Source: Spirochaetia bacterium (GTDB taxonomy: Bacteria; Spirochaetota; Spirochaetia; DSM-2461). Taken from it: a stretch of 64,000 nucleotides of DNA. Under the pieces are notes generated by a model. It did no database searches and had not been told where the DNA came from. It worked only from the letters and a program-made list of their open reading frames with translations. Every line of letters begins with the position of its first letter. The stretch's first letter is position 1. The stretch spans positions 5,472,001 to 5,536,000 of the forward strand of contig OY764216.1 in assembly GCA_963668315.1 (NCBI GenBank). The letters run 5' to 3'. Of the stretch, positions 40,414 through 51,308 are shown piece after piece. Position numbers and translations under genes: made by a program.

Positions 40414-42795
40414 TCAGTCGATCCTTACGATGCGCGGCGCCGCACCGCAGCCGGGGACCTTGACCGTGAGGATCGAGCCCTCTTCATCCCAAGGGCAATC
40501 GGCCAGCGTCTCGCCGTCCAGCTTGACTGCCTTGGGGCGATGTTGCAGGTGGACCGTCGCCGTGAAGTCACGCGTCGCCGGCATTCCGGCGTATTTGCCG
40601 TCGCGGGGGCCGATGGTCAGCGTGACGGTGGTCCCTTCCGTTTTGCAGTTCAGTGTTGTCCGTGCGAACTGGCCCTTGCGGTATCCCAAGCTCTGGCCGT
40701 CGTCTTCGTAGAGCGTGAAGCTACTTTCATCCGACGGATAGACCAGGAGCAACACGTCAGCCGACCAGCCCTTCTCGAGGTGATCGCAGTCAGGCCAGGT
40801 GGGAATGATGGCGCCGCTCTTGACCATCAAGGCACCGCCGCGGCTGGCCGTGATTTTGATTGGAAGCCTGCCCGGACCGGTGGTCCGCTCGCCGCTCCAG
40901 AAGTCGGTCCACTCGCCCGGCGGCAACGTGAGTTGCTTGGAGAACGCCGAGACGAGGAGAAACTCGCCAAGCATGTATTGGGACAGGCAAGTGTCCCAGG
41001 CCGGGTCCTCGGGGTACTCCATCGACATGGCACGCATGACCGGGTACCCCGTCAGCGCGGCCTCGGCCGCGGTCGAGTAGAGATAGGGGAGCAGCCGGTA
41101 GCGAAGCTGAGCGTACTGCCGATAGGCGTCCGTGTGGACCTGTTCGAGATACCAAGGCTGATACCAGTAGTCCCAGTTGTTCTGCTGCGCCCAGGTTTGG
41201 AGGAATCCGAAATGGAGGCCTTCCACGTTGGTAACGCTCATGTCGCAAGAATGATTCGAGTGGCCGGAGAAGGCCAGGTTCAACATCGAGGTCAGCGGTC
41301 GGGGGCCTCCACCGGTATCTCCCGCCCATGTGGCCACAAACTGCTGCACGCCCGCATAACCGCCGGCCGAGTAGACCATGGCGCGACGTTGCGTATGTTG
41401 CTCGAAGCCTCGGGCCATCTGCTTGGCATAGATCACCGGGTACAGGTTGTGCATCTCCTCGTCGGTCATGCCGTTGCCCCACTGACGTTTCGGGTGCTCG
41501 ATGACCTGAGCGGCCCCGTCGAGCTTGAACGCAGACACGCCCTGATCGACGAATTTCTTGAGGTGCTCGAACCAGGGTTCGGGCGTCTGCTGCGGCTCTC
41601 CCTCGGGAGCGGCCGAAGTCTTCTTGGCACCCTCGGGTTTGCTCAGCCGTTCGTCGACGAAGCCCTCTTGCACGTTGATCGAGTCCGCTTGCCCCACTTT
41701 GGCACCGGACGCGGTCCCATCCTTGCCGACAATCTGCTGCTCTTCGCAGACGCCCAGGTCATAGTCGCAGCAGAGCCAGAGACTCAGCTTGAAGCCCTTT
41801 CGCTTCAGGGCGCCGAAGAATGTGTGCGGGCCCTTGGGCGCCCAGTAGGGGATGGGAAATCGTTGCGGATGCCAGGCTTTCTGCGTGCTGAAGTCGTAGT
41901 TCTTCGACATCCAGCCGGGCTCCAACCCGATCACGTCGCACGGGATTTGCTCGCGCCGAAAACTGACCGCTTCGTTCATCATGTTGAAAGCGTCGATGTT
42001 CTGGTTGCAGACATAGGTGAGGCCATAACCCCAGATGGGCAGCAGCGTGGGACGACCGGTGAGCGAGGTGTACGTCTCCAGCAAGGTCCGGTAGTCCGCA
42101 CCGCAGAACAAGTAGTAGTCCACATCGCTCCGCGGCGCGGTGCAGATCAATCGATTCGGGTCGCTCTTGCCAACGTCCATCGAGTTGCGCCATGTCGTGT
42201 TCATCAGCAGGCCCCAACCGCGGTTGCTCAACACCATGGGGATCGGGATGTAGGACTTGACGTTGAGGACCCAGAACTCGTAGACGCCGCCGCGACGCAT
42301 CACGTTTTCGCGGCTCACGTCGCCCAGGCCGTAGAGACGTTCGTCGGTGGTTAGCGCGAAGCGAAGGTCATACCCCCCGCGGGGCTCGAAACTCGCGGAG
42401 GCCAGTTCGGTCAGCGTCTTGCCATCGGCGGTGGCCAGGGCGACCGTCCCGTCCTTACGATTCACGTTAAGCTTCGCCTGCCCCGTGGCGAGTGTGACGA
42501 TTCCATCCGCCTCGGTCCGTTGAACCGCGACTTCCGGAAAGGCGGCGTTCAAGATACCGTAGCGGTTCAACGCCGATTCGGTCCATTGCCCTGTCTTGCT
42601 GTGGCGAATGCGGAAAAGACGTTCCCCCAAAACGTCGACGCGGACGGCCGCTCCATTGCCCAAGTCGAAAACCAGATTCTGCGGTCCCAACGGCGAGGAG
42701 TCGAGCCATATGGGAGATTTGCCGGCATCTTCAGAGCGGGCCTCACCGCTGAGAAACGTACATGAAAGCACGAAACAGATCGCCAGTCGGTTCAT
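40414..42795 (-). CDS. GH31 alpha-glycosidase
   Basis: Signal peptide; ERLYGLG, YTSLTGRP, IPCDVI, FKLDG, HNLYP, WAGD, LRYRLLPYLY, QYMLG, LYEDDG. Confidence 0.93.
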   Translation of the reverse strand: MNRLAICFVLSCTFLSGEARSEDAGKSPIWLDSSPLGPQNLVFDLGNGAAVRVDVLGERLFRIRHSKTGQWTESALNRYGILNAAFPEVAVQRTEADGIVTLATGQAKLNVNRKDGTVALATADGKTLTELASASFEPRGGYDLRFALTTDERLYGLGDVSRENVMRRGGVYEFWVLNVKSYIPIPMVLSNRGWGLLMNTTWRNSMDVGKSDPNRLICTAPRSDVDYYLFCGADYRTLLETYTSLTGRPTLLPIWGYGLTYVCNQNIDAFNMMNEAVSFRREQIPCDVIGLEPGWMSKNYDFSTQKAWHPQRFPIPYWAPKGPHTFFGALKRKGFKLSLWLCCDYDLGVCEEQQIVGKDGTASGAKVGQADSINVQEGFVDERLSKPEGAKKTSAAPEGEPQQTPEPWFEHLKKFVDQGVSAFKLDGAAQVIEHPKRQWGNGMTDEEMHNLYPVIYAKQMARGFEQHTQRRAMVYSAGGYAGVQQFVATWAGDTGGGPRPLTSMLNLAFSGHSNHSCDMSVTNVEGLHFGFLQTWAQQNNWDYWYQPWYLEQVHTDAYRQYAQLRYRLLPYLYSTAAEAALTGYPVMRAMSMEYPEDPAWDTCLSQYMLGEFLLVSAFSKQLTLPPGEWTDFWSGERTTGPGRLPIKITASRGGALMVKSGAIIPTWPDCDHLEKGWSADVLLLVYPSDESSFTLYEDDGQSLGYRKGQFARTTLNCKTEGTTVTLTIGPRDGKYAGMPATRDFTATVHLQHRPKAVKLDGETLADCPWDEEGSILTVKVPGCGAAPRIVRID

Positions 42796-42804
42796 GGGAT
42801 GCTC

Positions 42805-43590
42805 CTATCGTGAACGATGTTCGTCGATCACCGCTTTCAGCCCGGCCAGGAAACGCTCGACCTCCGTCGTGAGAGTGACGAATCGCAGGCCGCAGTGGCG
42901 CAACTCGGCGATCAACTGGGGCGACGTGATGTTTGCGCCCCCCGCAACGCCGTGCGCCGCAGCCGTTCGCAGGATCCGTTCGAGCGCATCGCGGAGCTGA
43001 CCGCGTTCCAGGTTATCGGGACAGCCGAGGGATTGCGCCAAGTCGGCATTGCCCACAAAGGCGGCGTCGACCCCCGGAACGGCAAGGATCTCGTCGGCAT
43101 GTTCCAGGCCCTGGGCGCTTTCAATCTGCAGAACAAGAAGTGTGTTTTCGTTGGCCTCCTCGGTGAATCGGCCACCGGTTGGCGTCTGGAAAAGCGAGTG
43201 CGGGCGGCAGTACGAAACGCCGCGTTTGCCGACCGGCGGGTATTTCATCAGGTCGACACAGGCCCGGGCGTCGGCGGCCGACTCGACCATCGGCACGACA
43301 ATTCCCCCGAAGCCCAGATCGAGCGACGCTTGAAAGAACTCTCGCCGAATCGCTGGCACGCGGACCAGCGGCACGCACCGACAAGCCCGGAAACCGGGCG
43401 TCATCGCGGCCAGCTCTGCGAGCGTGTAGCTGCCGTGTTCCATGTCGAAGATGACAAAGTCGTAGCCCGCGGCATCAAGCAGCAAACCGATGCCGGGCGT
43501 ACGCATTTCCACCACGAAGAGGCCGAAGACCGTCTCGTCGGCGAGCAAACGTCTGCGCAATGAGCCGTCCGCCAGGTGTCTGCTAAGCAT
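42805..43590 (-). CDS. HpcH/HpaI-family class II aldolase
   Basis: DFVIFDMEHG, PLVRVP, VPMVES, YPPVGKRG, QIES, FVGNADL. Confidence 0.92.
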   Translation of the reverse strand: MLSRHLADGSLRRRLLADETVFGLFVVEMRTPGIGLLLDAAGYDFVIFDMEHGSYTLAELAAMTPGFRACRCVPLVRVPAIRREFFQASLDLGFGGIVVPMVESAADARACVDLMKYPPVGKRGVSYCRPHSLFQTPTGGRFTEEANENTLLVLQIESAQGLEHADEILAVPGVDAAFVGNADLAQSLGCPDNLERGQLRDALERILRTAAAHGVAGGANITSPQLIAELRHCGLRFVTLTTEVERFLAGLKAVIDEHRSR

Positions 43591-43636
43591 ATCTTCTCCA
43601 AGCGATTGTGATAATACAGGATGTGAGGCCGCGCTG

Positions 43637-44142
43637 CTAATGCTTGGCTCGCGGGTTGCGGAGGTAGTAGAAATGCCCGTCTTCGGCGCCGATCACGACG
43701 TCCGCGATACCGTTGTCGTCGAAATCAACCACGGTCGGGCAGGTCGTGTGTCCCGCAAGCCGCCGCGAATCGAGCGGTCCCCGATCTTCGAAATACCATT
43801 TGCCGTCGCGAGATTCTGTTTGACGCAGCCAACTCGCATTGGAGCTATTGACGAAGAAGTCCAGCTTGCCGTCGCCGTCAAAATCAGCAACACAGAGCTT
43901 TCGCCGACCGCTTGCGCCGGCCTGCTTGGCGTTGAGTTGACCATGTCCATCCGCCCGTCGCCGTTGACATCCATCGGCAGCGGCCACGCCCACAGGCCGG
44001 CCCCCAGATCGACGACCAGGCCGGGATGATTGTACTTCAGCCGCTCGAGTTTTGAATCCTGAGCGGTTACCACACTGGAAGAAGCGAGAAACAGCAAACC
44101 GGCCAGCAGGAGGCCCGGCAAGAACGTTGTATGTCGGGACAT
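43637..44142 (-). pseudogene. Internally deleted FG-GAP/VCBS repeat protein
   Basis: Signal peptide and LKYNHPGLVVDLGAGLWAWPLPMDVNGDG joined out of frame at ~43939 to GRRKLCVADFDGDGKLD...PTVVDFDDNGIADVVIGAEDGHFYYLRNP. Confidence 0.75.
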
Positions 44143-44357
44143 GAGAGGTCCTTTCTTTTGACCTTGGCAAGATACCATCTCGAAGCGACCGATGCTACTA
44201 GTTTCTGACGGCCAGCGTGACGGAGGACCGAATCCCCCATAGCGGTCATCGACGAGGTTGGCATTCCAACTGAAGCGTCTTGCCCCTCCGCCACCTCGGC
44301 AACGTTCGTATCCGGACAAGACGCCGGGAGCACGAGAAACCGCACGGGCGGTAAACG

Positions 44358-44576
44358 TCAATCGCAACCGCCGAAGAATCCGTCGTCGATCCAGATCGGC
44401 TTGTACCCGTGTTCCGTCACGTGGCGCAACGCGGTATCCCAACGTTCGAAAATATCCGATTTGTGGTTTCGATAGAACGGCCACCAGTACTGTTCGTGGC
44501 CCGCGATATTAATCAGCAGGTTCTGCTTCGGGTTGTCGAGCTTACGATGATGGAGCCATTCGGTCTTTATGCACTT
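44358..44576 (-). pseudogene. C-terminal remnant of an uncharacterised protein
   Basis: Start-less, protein-like frame ...NLLINIAGHEQYWWPFYRNHKSDIFERWDTALRHVTEHGYKPIWIDDGFFGGCD*. Confidence 0.5.
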
Positions 44577-44931
44577 TCAGGCTGGGTTCGTTGAGCAAGG
44601 CGGATTCCCTAAAGCATGTCGCAAACACCGCTTGCGCAAGAATTCAAGAAAGACTCATCCCGTCCACGGACGCGTGTGACAGTCCAATCCGCTTGCCGCC
44701 CGGAGGGACACGTCGACATGACGTAGGAGGACCCAGGCCACGCAGACGGGTCCATTTTTTCGGCCAGCAAGGTACTTTGACGACCATGCGCCACCCAGAA
44801 ATGCGAACCAGTTCCCTTCCTCTTCTGCGACATGACGGAGAACACTGGAATTGTGGCTGACACAGACGTACATTGAGATCGCTGCCGGTTTCCAAATCCA
44901 TTTTCGCTGTGCCGTTTTGGGAGAGCCTATC

Positions 44932-47214
44932 GTGAGAGAGTATCTGCTGGCCCTCGTTGCCTGCTTCGTGAGCACCACACTCCTGGTGGCGGACACGCCC
45001 GAGCCCGCCTTTCGCGCCGGTGCGGCTACGAGCAACATCACGCCGGCATTGGGGTCGGCGATCATCGGCAGTTCTCCGCCCATTCCAGCCGCAAACGTCC
45101 ACGACGGGCTTCCCGACACAAACAACGCCTTGGCGCAAGATGCCCAGAACCATCCCACGGTCGGCCCGGACAAGACAAGGGCGGCGCACGATTGGCTTGC
45201 GTCGACATTCGAAGGAAACGAGACGTTCTTCTCATTCCTGTACGGCGGAGAACCCTTCGCCACTCTCCGCAACGACTGGAAACTGGAGCGTGCGACCCGC
45301 AAGTTGGACGAAAGCCGCAGCGAACGCGTGCTCACATACACCGATCCGAAGACCGGCCTGGTCGTACGTTGCGTGGGCATCGAGTACCTCGATTTTCCCA
45401 CAGTCGAATGGACGCTCCACTTCAAAAACAGCGGCGATGCGGACACACCGATCCTGGAGGACATTCGGGCGTTGGACATCGAAGTTGTTCGCTCGCCTCG
45501 GGGGGGGCATGAGGGCGAAGACAAGGACTTCTGCCTGCACCACTACGTCGGCGGCGAGTGCAGCCCCCACGCATATCAACCGCTCACGACGGTGCTGAGC
45601 CCGGGTACTCAGATCCGATTCAGCGGCACAAGTGGTCGCCCCACCGACAAGCAAATGCCGTATTTCAATCTGCAACGCCCCGAAAACGCGGGCGGCCTTA
45701 TCGTCGTCGTGGGCTGGCCTGGACAGTGGGCTGCCGATTTCACGCGTGTCAGCGACACCCGGCTGCACCTTCGTGCGGGCCAGGAATTGACGCACTTCAA
45801 ACTCTTGCCTGGCGAGGAGGTCCGCAGCCCGCTGATCGTGCTGCAATTCTGGAAGGGCGACCGCGTCGAGTCGCAGAACGTGTGGCGCCGCTGGATGCTG
45901 GCCCACAACCTGCCGCGTCCCGGCGGCAAGTTGCCCGAGCCGATTCTGGCGTTCGGCCCTGGCGGCCTCTATCCCGGGATCATCACCAACGCGGCCGGAG
46001 AAGTGGAGTTCATTCGGCGAACGCTCGAAAGAAACTTCAAGCCCGACTACTGGTGGCAGGACGCCGGATGGTATCCGTGTGACAACCGTTGGCCGAAGAC
46101 CGGCACCTGGGAGGTGGACAAGACGCGGTTTCCCAAGGGCTATCGAGAGGTCAGCGACCTGGTGCACGCCAAGGGCATGAAGAGCCTCCTGTGGTTCGAG
46201 CCGGAACGCGTTGCCGCCGACACCTGGCTCGCCAAGGAGCGTCCCCAGTGGGTGCTGGGCGGAGAGAAGGGCGGCATCCTGAACCTCGGGAACCCGGAGG
46301 CCTGGAACTGGCTGGTCGAGCGGGTCGACACGCTGCTCGTCGAGCAGGGCATCGATCTCTACCGCCAGGATTTCAACACGGGACCGCTCGCCCTATGGCG
46401 AGCCAATGACGCCGAAGATCGCCAGGGCATCACCGAGATCAAGCATGTCACCGGCTACCTGGCCTACTGGGACGAGTTGCGGCGACGGCATCCAAACATG
46501 TTGATTGACACATGTGCCAGCGGCGGTCGGCGCAACGATCTGGAGACGCTCCGCCGTAGCGTGCCGCTCCTGCGCAGCGATCTCTTCGGCGAGGAGAATT
46601 CAGGCGTCCCCCAGGAATGTCAAACCTACGGCATTGCCGCCTGGTTCCCCTACTACGGCACCAATACGCAACGTGGTCCCGTGGTGAATTCCTATGCCTT
46701 TCGCGGGCGAATGTGTCCGTGTGCCACCATCGCCAAATGCGACACACGCCGCGAAGATATTGACTACCCGGAGCTTCATCGACTTGTCGGCCAGTGGCGT
46801 CAGGTCGCCCCATACTACTTCGGCGACTACTATCCCCTGACCGGGTACAGCCTGGAGGAAGACGTATGGATGGCCTGGCAGTTCAACCGGCCCGACCTCG
46901 GCGCAGGCGTGGTCCAAGTCTTCCGCCGTTCGAAGAGTCCCGTCGAGGCGGCCCGTTTTCAACTGCGAGGCTTGGACCCCGATGCCACCTACGCCATTGT
47001 CAACCTGGACACGCCGAATCAGAAGACGACAGTTACGGGCCGTGAACTTCTGGAAACCGGGCTTCGCGTGGCGATTTCAAACCGTCCCGAGGCAGTGATA
47101 TACACCTACACGGTTTGCGCCGATCTGCAACGAAACCGGGTACAGGAATCGGTTTCCGGGCGGAGAGGCACGGCTCCGGCTGCCGTCATTGCCAGATCGC
47201 GTCCATCGAGGTAA
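44932..47214 (+). CDS. GH36 alpha-galactosidase with a possibly chimeric N-terminus and extended C-terminus
   Basis: WWQDAGW, LWFEPE, YRQDFN, IDTCASGGRR, RSD, LRGLDPDATY. Confidence 0.88.
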   Translation: MREYLLALVACFVSTTLLVADTPEPAFRAGAATSNITPALGSAIIGSSPPIPAANVHDGLPDTNNALAQDAQNHPTVGPDKTRAAHDWLASTFEGNETFFSFLYGGEPFATLRNDWKLERATRKLDESRSERVLTYTDPKTGLVVRCVGIEYLDFPTVEWTLHFKNSGDADTPILEDIRALDIEVVRSPRGGHEGEDKDFCLHHYVGGECSPHAYQPLTTVLSPGTQIRFSGTSGRPTDKQMPYFNLQRPENAGGLIVVVGWPGQWAADFTRVSDTRLHLRAGQELTHFKLLPGEEVRSPLIVLQFWKGDRVESQNVWRRWMLAHNLPRPGGKLPEPILAFGPGGLYPGIITNAAGEVEFIRRTLERNFKPDYWWQDAGWYPCDNRWPKTGTWEVDKTRFPKGYREVSDLVHAKGMKSLLWFEPERVAADTWLAKERPQWVLGGEKGGILNLGNPEAWNWLVERVDTLLVEQGIDLYRQDFNTGPLALWRANDAEDRQGITEIKHVTGYLAYWDELRRRHPNMLIDTCASGGRRNDLETLRRSVPLLRSDLFGEENSGVPQECQTYGIAAWFPYYGTNTQRGPVVNSYAFRGRMCPCATIAKCDTRREDIDYPELHRLVGQWRQVAPYYFGDYYPLTGYSLEEDVWMAWQFNRPDLGAGVVQVFRRSKSPVEAARFQLRGLDPDATYAIVNLDTPNQKTTVTGRELLETGLRVAISNRPEAVIYTYTVCADLQRNRVQESVSGRRGTAPAAVIARSRPSR

Positions 47215-48574
47215 TCATAGTCGAATGGAGAAATGTCGATGCCGGCTGCAGCGAGAAACGTCGGAGCCATGTCGACGAAGCACGCGAAGTCCGTAACGAC
47301 TTTGCCGGCCGGAAACCGCTTGCGGTCCGACGAAACGACGATGATCGGGGTATTCAAGTCCCTGTCGTAGTGCAGGAACTTGCTGACCATGCCGTGTTCA
47401 TTGAGTTTCCACCCGTTGTCGCCACACACATAGAGAATCAGCCAGGGACGCGAATTGCTCTCCGAGTAGGCAACGAACTCGTCTACGAGCTTGCCCACGA
47501 GCGAATCGCCGTACGCGCAGTAGGCGCAGTAGTCGGCAACCATCTGCTGTTTCTCGGCGTTGGTAAAATGGTCGCTTTTCCAATTCTCAAAGGCTCTCAG
47601 GATCTGCAGAGGGAAACTGGCGAGTTCTTCGGGTGTAAACGTCGGCAGGGTGTAGCGCAATTCGCAAACTTCTCGCGGAATTCAGCGGGCGGCGGCACGG
47701 GCGTGTGAGGGAACTCAAATCCACAGTACATGAACAAGGGGCGCTGGCTGTCAGGACCATTCTGCTCCCGGCCAAGGACGTCCGTGTAGCTTTCGTCCGC
47801 ATGAGCCAAGTGGTCGACCAGGGCGGCGGCAAAATTGGCGTCCCGGGTGCCGTCGCTCGATTGCGGATTCGCGCCGCCAAGAATCTCGCCGAGACTACCA
47901 TCTTCGTTGGGACGATAGGCCCGGAATATATCGAGGCGTTCGCGGATAGCCTCCGCATCGTTGACTGTCGCCTCGGAATCCTCCGGCCATCGGAGTCTGG
48001 TGCCATCGGCAAAGAAGAATGTCTCGATTCTTGGCCCTGCCTTTCCGCCCGACCATTTCCTCTCCGGGTGCCAGTCCACCAGCCCCTTTGCGGCGAACTC
48101 GTTTCGATAGCCGAGATTCGTCTCATACAGCAGCGGCCCGTTCGGGTCCTTCTTGTTGGCGAAATGCTGGTCACGAATGCCGAGCTTGCCCACGGCGACA
48201 GTCTGGTAGCCTGCCTGATCCCGCAATATCTCGGGCACCATGGGCTTCCAATGGGGCATGCCGGCTGGGTTGTAGTACTCGAATCCGTAGACGCCGGTGC
48301 GATGGGAATAACGACCGGTGTGCATGGTTGTTCGCGACGGAGCGCAGCTTGGATTGTGGTTGAAGGTACTAATGAACGTCGTGCCCTGGGATGCCAACCG
48401 GTCGACGTTGGGCGAGAGCACGTTTCCAAGCCGACTGTCGGCGTTGCCGTGTCGGATGCGGTTGAAGGCGGAAATCGAGTCGGGACGCTGGTCGTCGGTG
48501 AGAATCCAGAGGATGTTGGGCTTCTCGGTATCTTGCGCGGAAAGCCCCCTGCACGATAGCAGCACGGCGAACAT
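47106..48574 (-). pseudogene. Sulfatase, frameshifted at ~47661 and apparently 3'-truncated
   Basis: PNILWILTDDQR, CAPSRTTMHTGR, PHTP; adding one A joins ...EKFAK to LRYTLP..., then GDNGW, VDMAPT, LDGRDL, after which it runs into the convergent GH36. Confidence 0.8.
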
Positions 48575-48668
48575 GCAGAGGACGAGTTGTGGGGCAGGTT
48601 TCCTATTGCCGTTCCTTGAATTCCCAGATACTCGTTGTTCTTTCTTCGGCTTGGCCCTTCGAAGGCTG

Positions 48669-49949
48669 CTAATTCCCAGGGAGTTTCTCGTTCGCTTCGC
48701 GAATTCGTTCTCGCTGCTGGCGATTCAGGCCGTGCTGGTAGTAGAACTCCGGCCTGTAAGTGTACCCGTGCCGTTTCATGTCCGGGTCATCGACATCCAG
48801 GCTGAGGTCGCAGTCGAATCGCATCAGGAGCGAGTGATTGGTGCGCGGGCCTGTGCCGGCCAGGGTGTTGTGGCAGATTCCCCAGGTGATTCCGCGGCCG
48901 CACTTTGTGTTGGTGAAGGCGTCCGGAACATAGGGCCCCGCCGCTACGGGCATCAGGCAGGTGATTGATGCAATTTCGAAGTTGACTCCATCTTCCGCAT
49001 ATTGAACGGTGAAGTGCTCGTTGCCGTCTTTGATGACCAGGGCCGCGATTCCTTCCTTGAAAGGGAACAGCGTGGTCTCGTGTCCGGAGTTGATCACGGG
49101 GTTGAGCGGATGCTTCTTGAACGGTCCTAGCGGATGGTCGGCGATGGCCAACCCTTGCATCCGGACGAGACGCGGGTCTCCGTCGCAATCGGACTTGTAG
49201 TACAGGTAGATCTTGCCTTTGTAGACGAGCGGGTAGGGATCGTGGATGGAGTACTGATCCCACTCGCCTTCGGCGCCGTTGGGAATCACGACTTGATTCA
49301 ACGGCGTCCACGGACCGTCGGGCGAGTCGGCGTACGCGACGGCCACGGGGCAGTCATCGCCGCGCGTCTTATCCTTGCCGCGGGTACCGCTAGGCGCGGA
49401 AAAGGCCTGATAGTAGAGGTAGTACTTGCCTTCCCACAGCAGGATGTCGGTCGTTGTCACCGATCGCCAACCGGGATTCGGTTTGGAAGGACGAGGCATG
49501 GCAACGCCCTGCTCCTGCCAGGTGAAGCCGTCGTCCGAGGTAGCATACCAGATGTCGCAAAGGTCCCAATCGCGCGACGGAATCGTATCCGTGCATTTCT
49601 CAGCGCCCTGGGGCGCCGTCGGCGTCTGTCGATGCGTGTACCAGACGTAGTATTTGCCGTTGACGACAATCACTTTCGACGGATCGCGACGCGTGATCGT
49701 TCCGTCATGGTTGTTGTAGTCCAGACCTTTCAACTCGGTGTACTTGAACAACGAATAGAGTTCGTTGTCTTCCGGGCGTGGGGCCGGGTATGCGGTGTAG
49801 TTCCGCTCCATGGCCGCACTCATCGGGCGGTTTGGCTTCTCCTTGGGGAGAATGAAGGGAAATCCGCGTTCTTGCGCCTCGATGGTGCATGAAAGCAGAG
49901 CGACAAGTGCGGCTGTAGCCACGAGGGTTGGTAGCCAGATGTTTCGCAT
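48669..49949 (-). CDS. GH117 family glycosidase (alpha-3,6-anhydro-L-galactosidase-like)
   Basis: RBS GAAGGAG; signal peptide; [52 protein letters not shown]. Confidence 0.88.
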   Translation of the reverse strand: MRNIWLPTLVATAALVALLSCTIEAQERGFPFILPKEKPNRPMSAAMERNYTAYPAPRPEDNELYSLFKYTELKGLDYNNHDGTITRRDPSKVIVVNGKYYVWYTHRQTPTAPQGAEKCTDTIPSRDWDLCDIWYATSDDGFTWQEQGVAMPRPSKPNPGWRSVTTTDILLWEGKYYLYYQAFSAPSGTRGKDKTRGDDCPVAVAYADSPDGPWTPLNQVVIPNGAEGEWDQYSIHDPYPLVYKGKIYLYYKSDCDGDPRLVRMQGLAIADHPLGPFKKHPLNPVINSGHETTLFPFKEGIAALVIKDGNEHFTVQYAEDGVNFEIASITCLMPVAAGPYVPDAFTNTKCGRGITWGICHNTLAGTGPRTNHSLLMRFDCDLSLDVDDPDMKRHGYTYRPEFYYQHGLNRQQRERIREANEKLPGN

Positions 49950-49977
49950 GATTGTTCGTCACTCCTTCGTACACTGT

Positions 49978-50241
49978 GTTCAGGGACGCCCGGGTAGGCG
50001 TGCAAACCGGCTCGAAGTGATAGTCCTCGAGGCGAACGCTTTCGGCATGGAGACGGTCCAGGTTGGGCGTCTTGAGCCAGGGGTTTCCATGACACGACAT
50101 GTCGCCGTAGCGCTGATCGTCGGTGACGATCAAGATCACGTTGGGGCGGTGGTCCTGTCGCTGCGTTGTTGCAGAGGCGAATACGGCCGTGAGAACGATC
50201 GTCCCAACCAGGATGGCACTCGATAATCGTCCCATCTTCAA
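49978..50241 (-). pseudogene. 5' fragment of a sulfatase
   Basis: Signal peptide, [31 protein letters not shown], then similarity is lost right at the GH117 RBS. Confidence 0.85.
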
Positions 50242-50284
50242 TCTCTCGTTGCGAGTGCGCCAGCAGGCTGAAACGGGGCCCTGC

Positions 50285-50893
50285 CTATTGAATATTCGCC
50301 TTCAGGGCCGCAATCGCCGCCTTTCTGTCTCTCTTGCGAACAGCATCCACGATCGCGGCGTGTTCTCGGAAGCTCTCCATCATGCTGCGGTGGCGGCCGA
50401 AGTGAAACAACATGCGGCTGACAATGGGCATCCAAATCGCCAGCAGATCCGTGTTGCCGGTCGCTTCCACGATGTGGCGGTGCAGGGCCATGTCCTGCTG
50501 CAGAACCTCCGCGAGATCCTCATTTTCACAAGCCGTTTTCAATTGGCGGACCGTGTCCTGGAGACGTTCCACGTCGCGATCTGCGAGTTTGCCGAAGATC
50601 CTGCGAAGGGCGTACACCTCGATCTTTCGCCGCAGCTCGACCACCAGCGGTTGGATCTCCTCACCCGACGGCGAGCCAACCCGCACACCACAATTGGGCC
50701 TGGCCACTAGCAAGCCTTCCTGGGTCAATTGGAAGAGCGCATCGCGGATGGGCGCCCGGCTGACTCCGTATTGCTTGGCAAGCGTCTGCTCGCGGAGATT
50801 GGTTCCTTCCGCCAACCGGCCGGCAATGACGTCGGCACGAATCTGATCGGCGATCTGCTCGCGGATCGTGCGAAATACGGGAGGATGGGACAT
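50285..50893 (-). CDS. GntR family regulator (FCD domain)
   Basis: [43 protein letters not shown]. Confidence 0.93.
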   Translation of the reverse strand: MSHPPVFRTIREQIADQIRADVIAGRLAEGTNLREQTLAKQYGVSRAPIRDALFQLTQEGLLVARPNCGVRVGSPSGEEIQPLVVELRRKIEVYALRRIFGKLADRDVERLQDTVRQLKTACENEDLAEVLQQDMALHRHIVEATGNTDLLAIWMPIVSRMLFHFGRHRSMMESFREHAAIVDAVRKRDRKAAIAALKANIQ

Positions 50894-50914
50894 GAGGGGC
50901 ATCCTTATAGCCAG

Positions 50915-50950
50915 TTGACAGAGCAATTGCAGAGTGTATGCAATCTGCAA
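50915..50950. promoter_or_regulatory. Divergent promoter region with palindrome (candidate GntR operator)
   Basis: TTGACA at 50915; TTGCAGA-N10-TCTGCAA at 50927-50950. Confidence 0.45.
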
Positions 50951-50989
50951 TCGACGTCAAGAGGCCAAAACGAACAGGAGGAGACTGCT

Positions 50990-51308
50990 ATGCGAACCGG
51001 CTTCCCGCGGACGCTGGCACTGCTGTTGCTGTCAATCGCCAGCTTGGCCCAGGCACAACCGTTCTTCCTACCCACGCGGGACCCAAAGCCGACAGACAAG
51101 GTCTGGGTGAAGGTCGAGAACATGTCGGATGAATTCGACGAAATCTCCTTGGATGCATTTTGAATGCCGCATGAAAGCCAACAAGACGGTCATGTCGTCT
51201 ACCTTCTGGCTCATGACCAAGAAGGACACCACGAAGAAGCTCGAGCTGGAGATTCAGGAATGCGTTGACAGGACCACCGACAAGACCGAAGGCTGCCAGA
51301 CGATGTAG
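50990..51308 (+). pseudogene. GH16 beta-porphyranase/agarase-like pseudogene (internal deletion and 3' truncation)
   Basis: RBS AGGAGG, signal peptide, DPKPTDKVWVKVENMSDEFD; out-of-frame 51159-51308 FECRMKANKTVMSSTFWL...ELEIQECV resembles the GH16 ExDxxE region. Confidence 0.75.

Noticed and set aside
44745..44820. Imperfect inverted repeat GACGGGTCCATTTTT...AAATGCGAACCAGTTCCC, possibly a REP-like element
   Set aside because: Too degenerate and single-copy in this window
49705..49977. C-terminal half of the 178-aa sulfatase-like ORF
   Set aside because: Out-of-frame read-through into GH117 after the deletion junction
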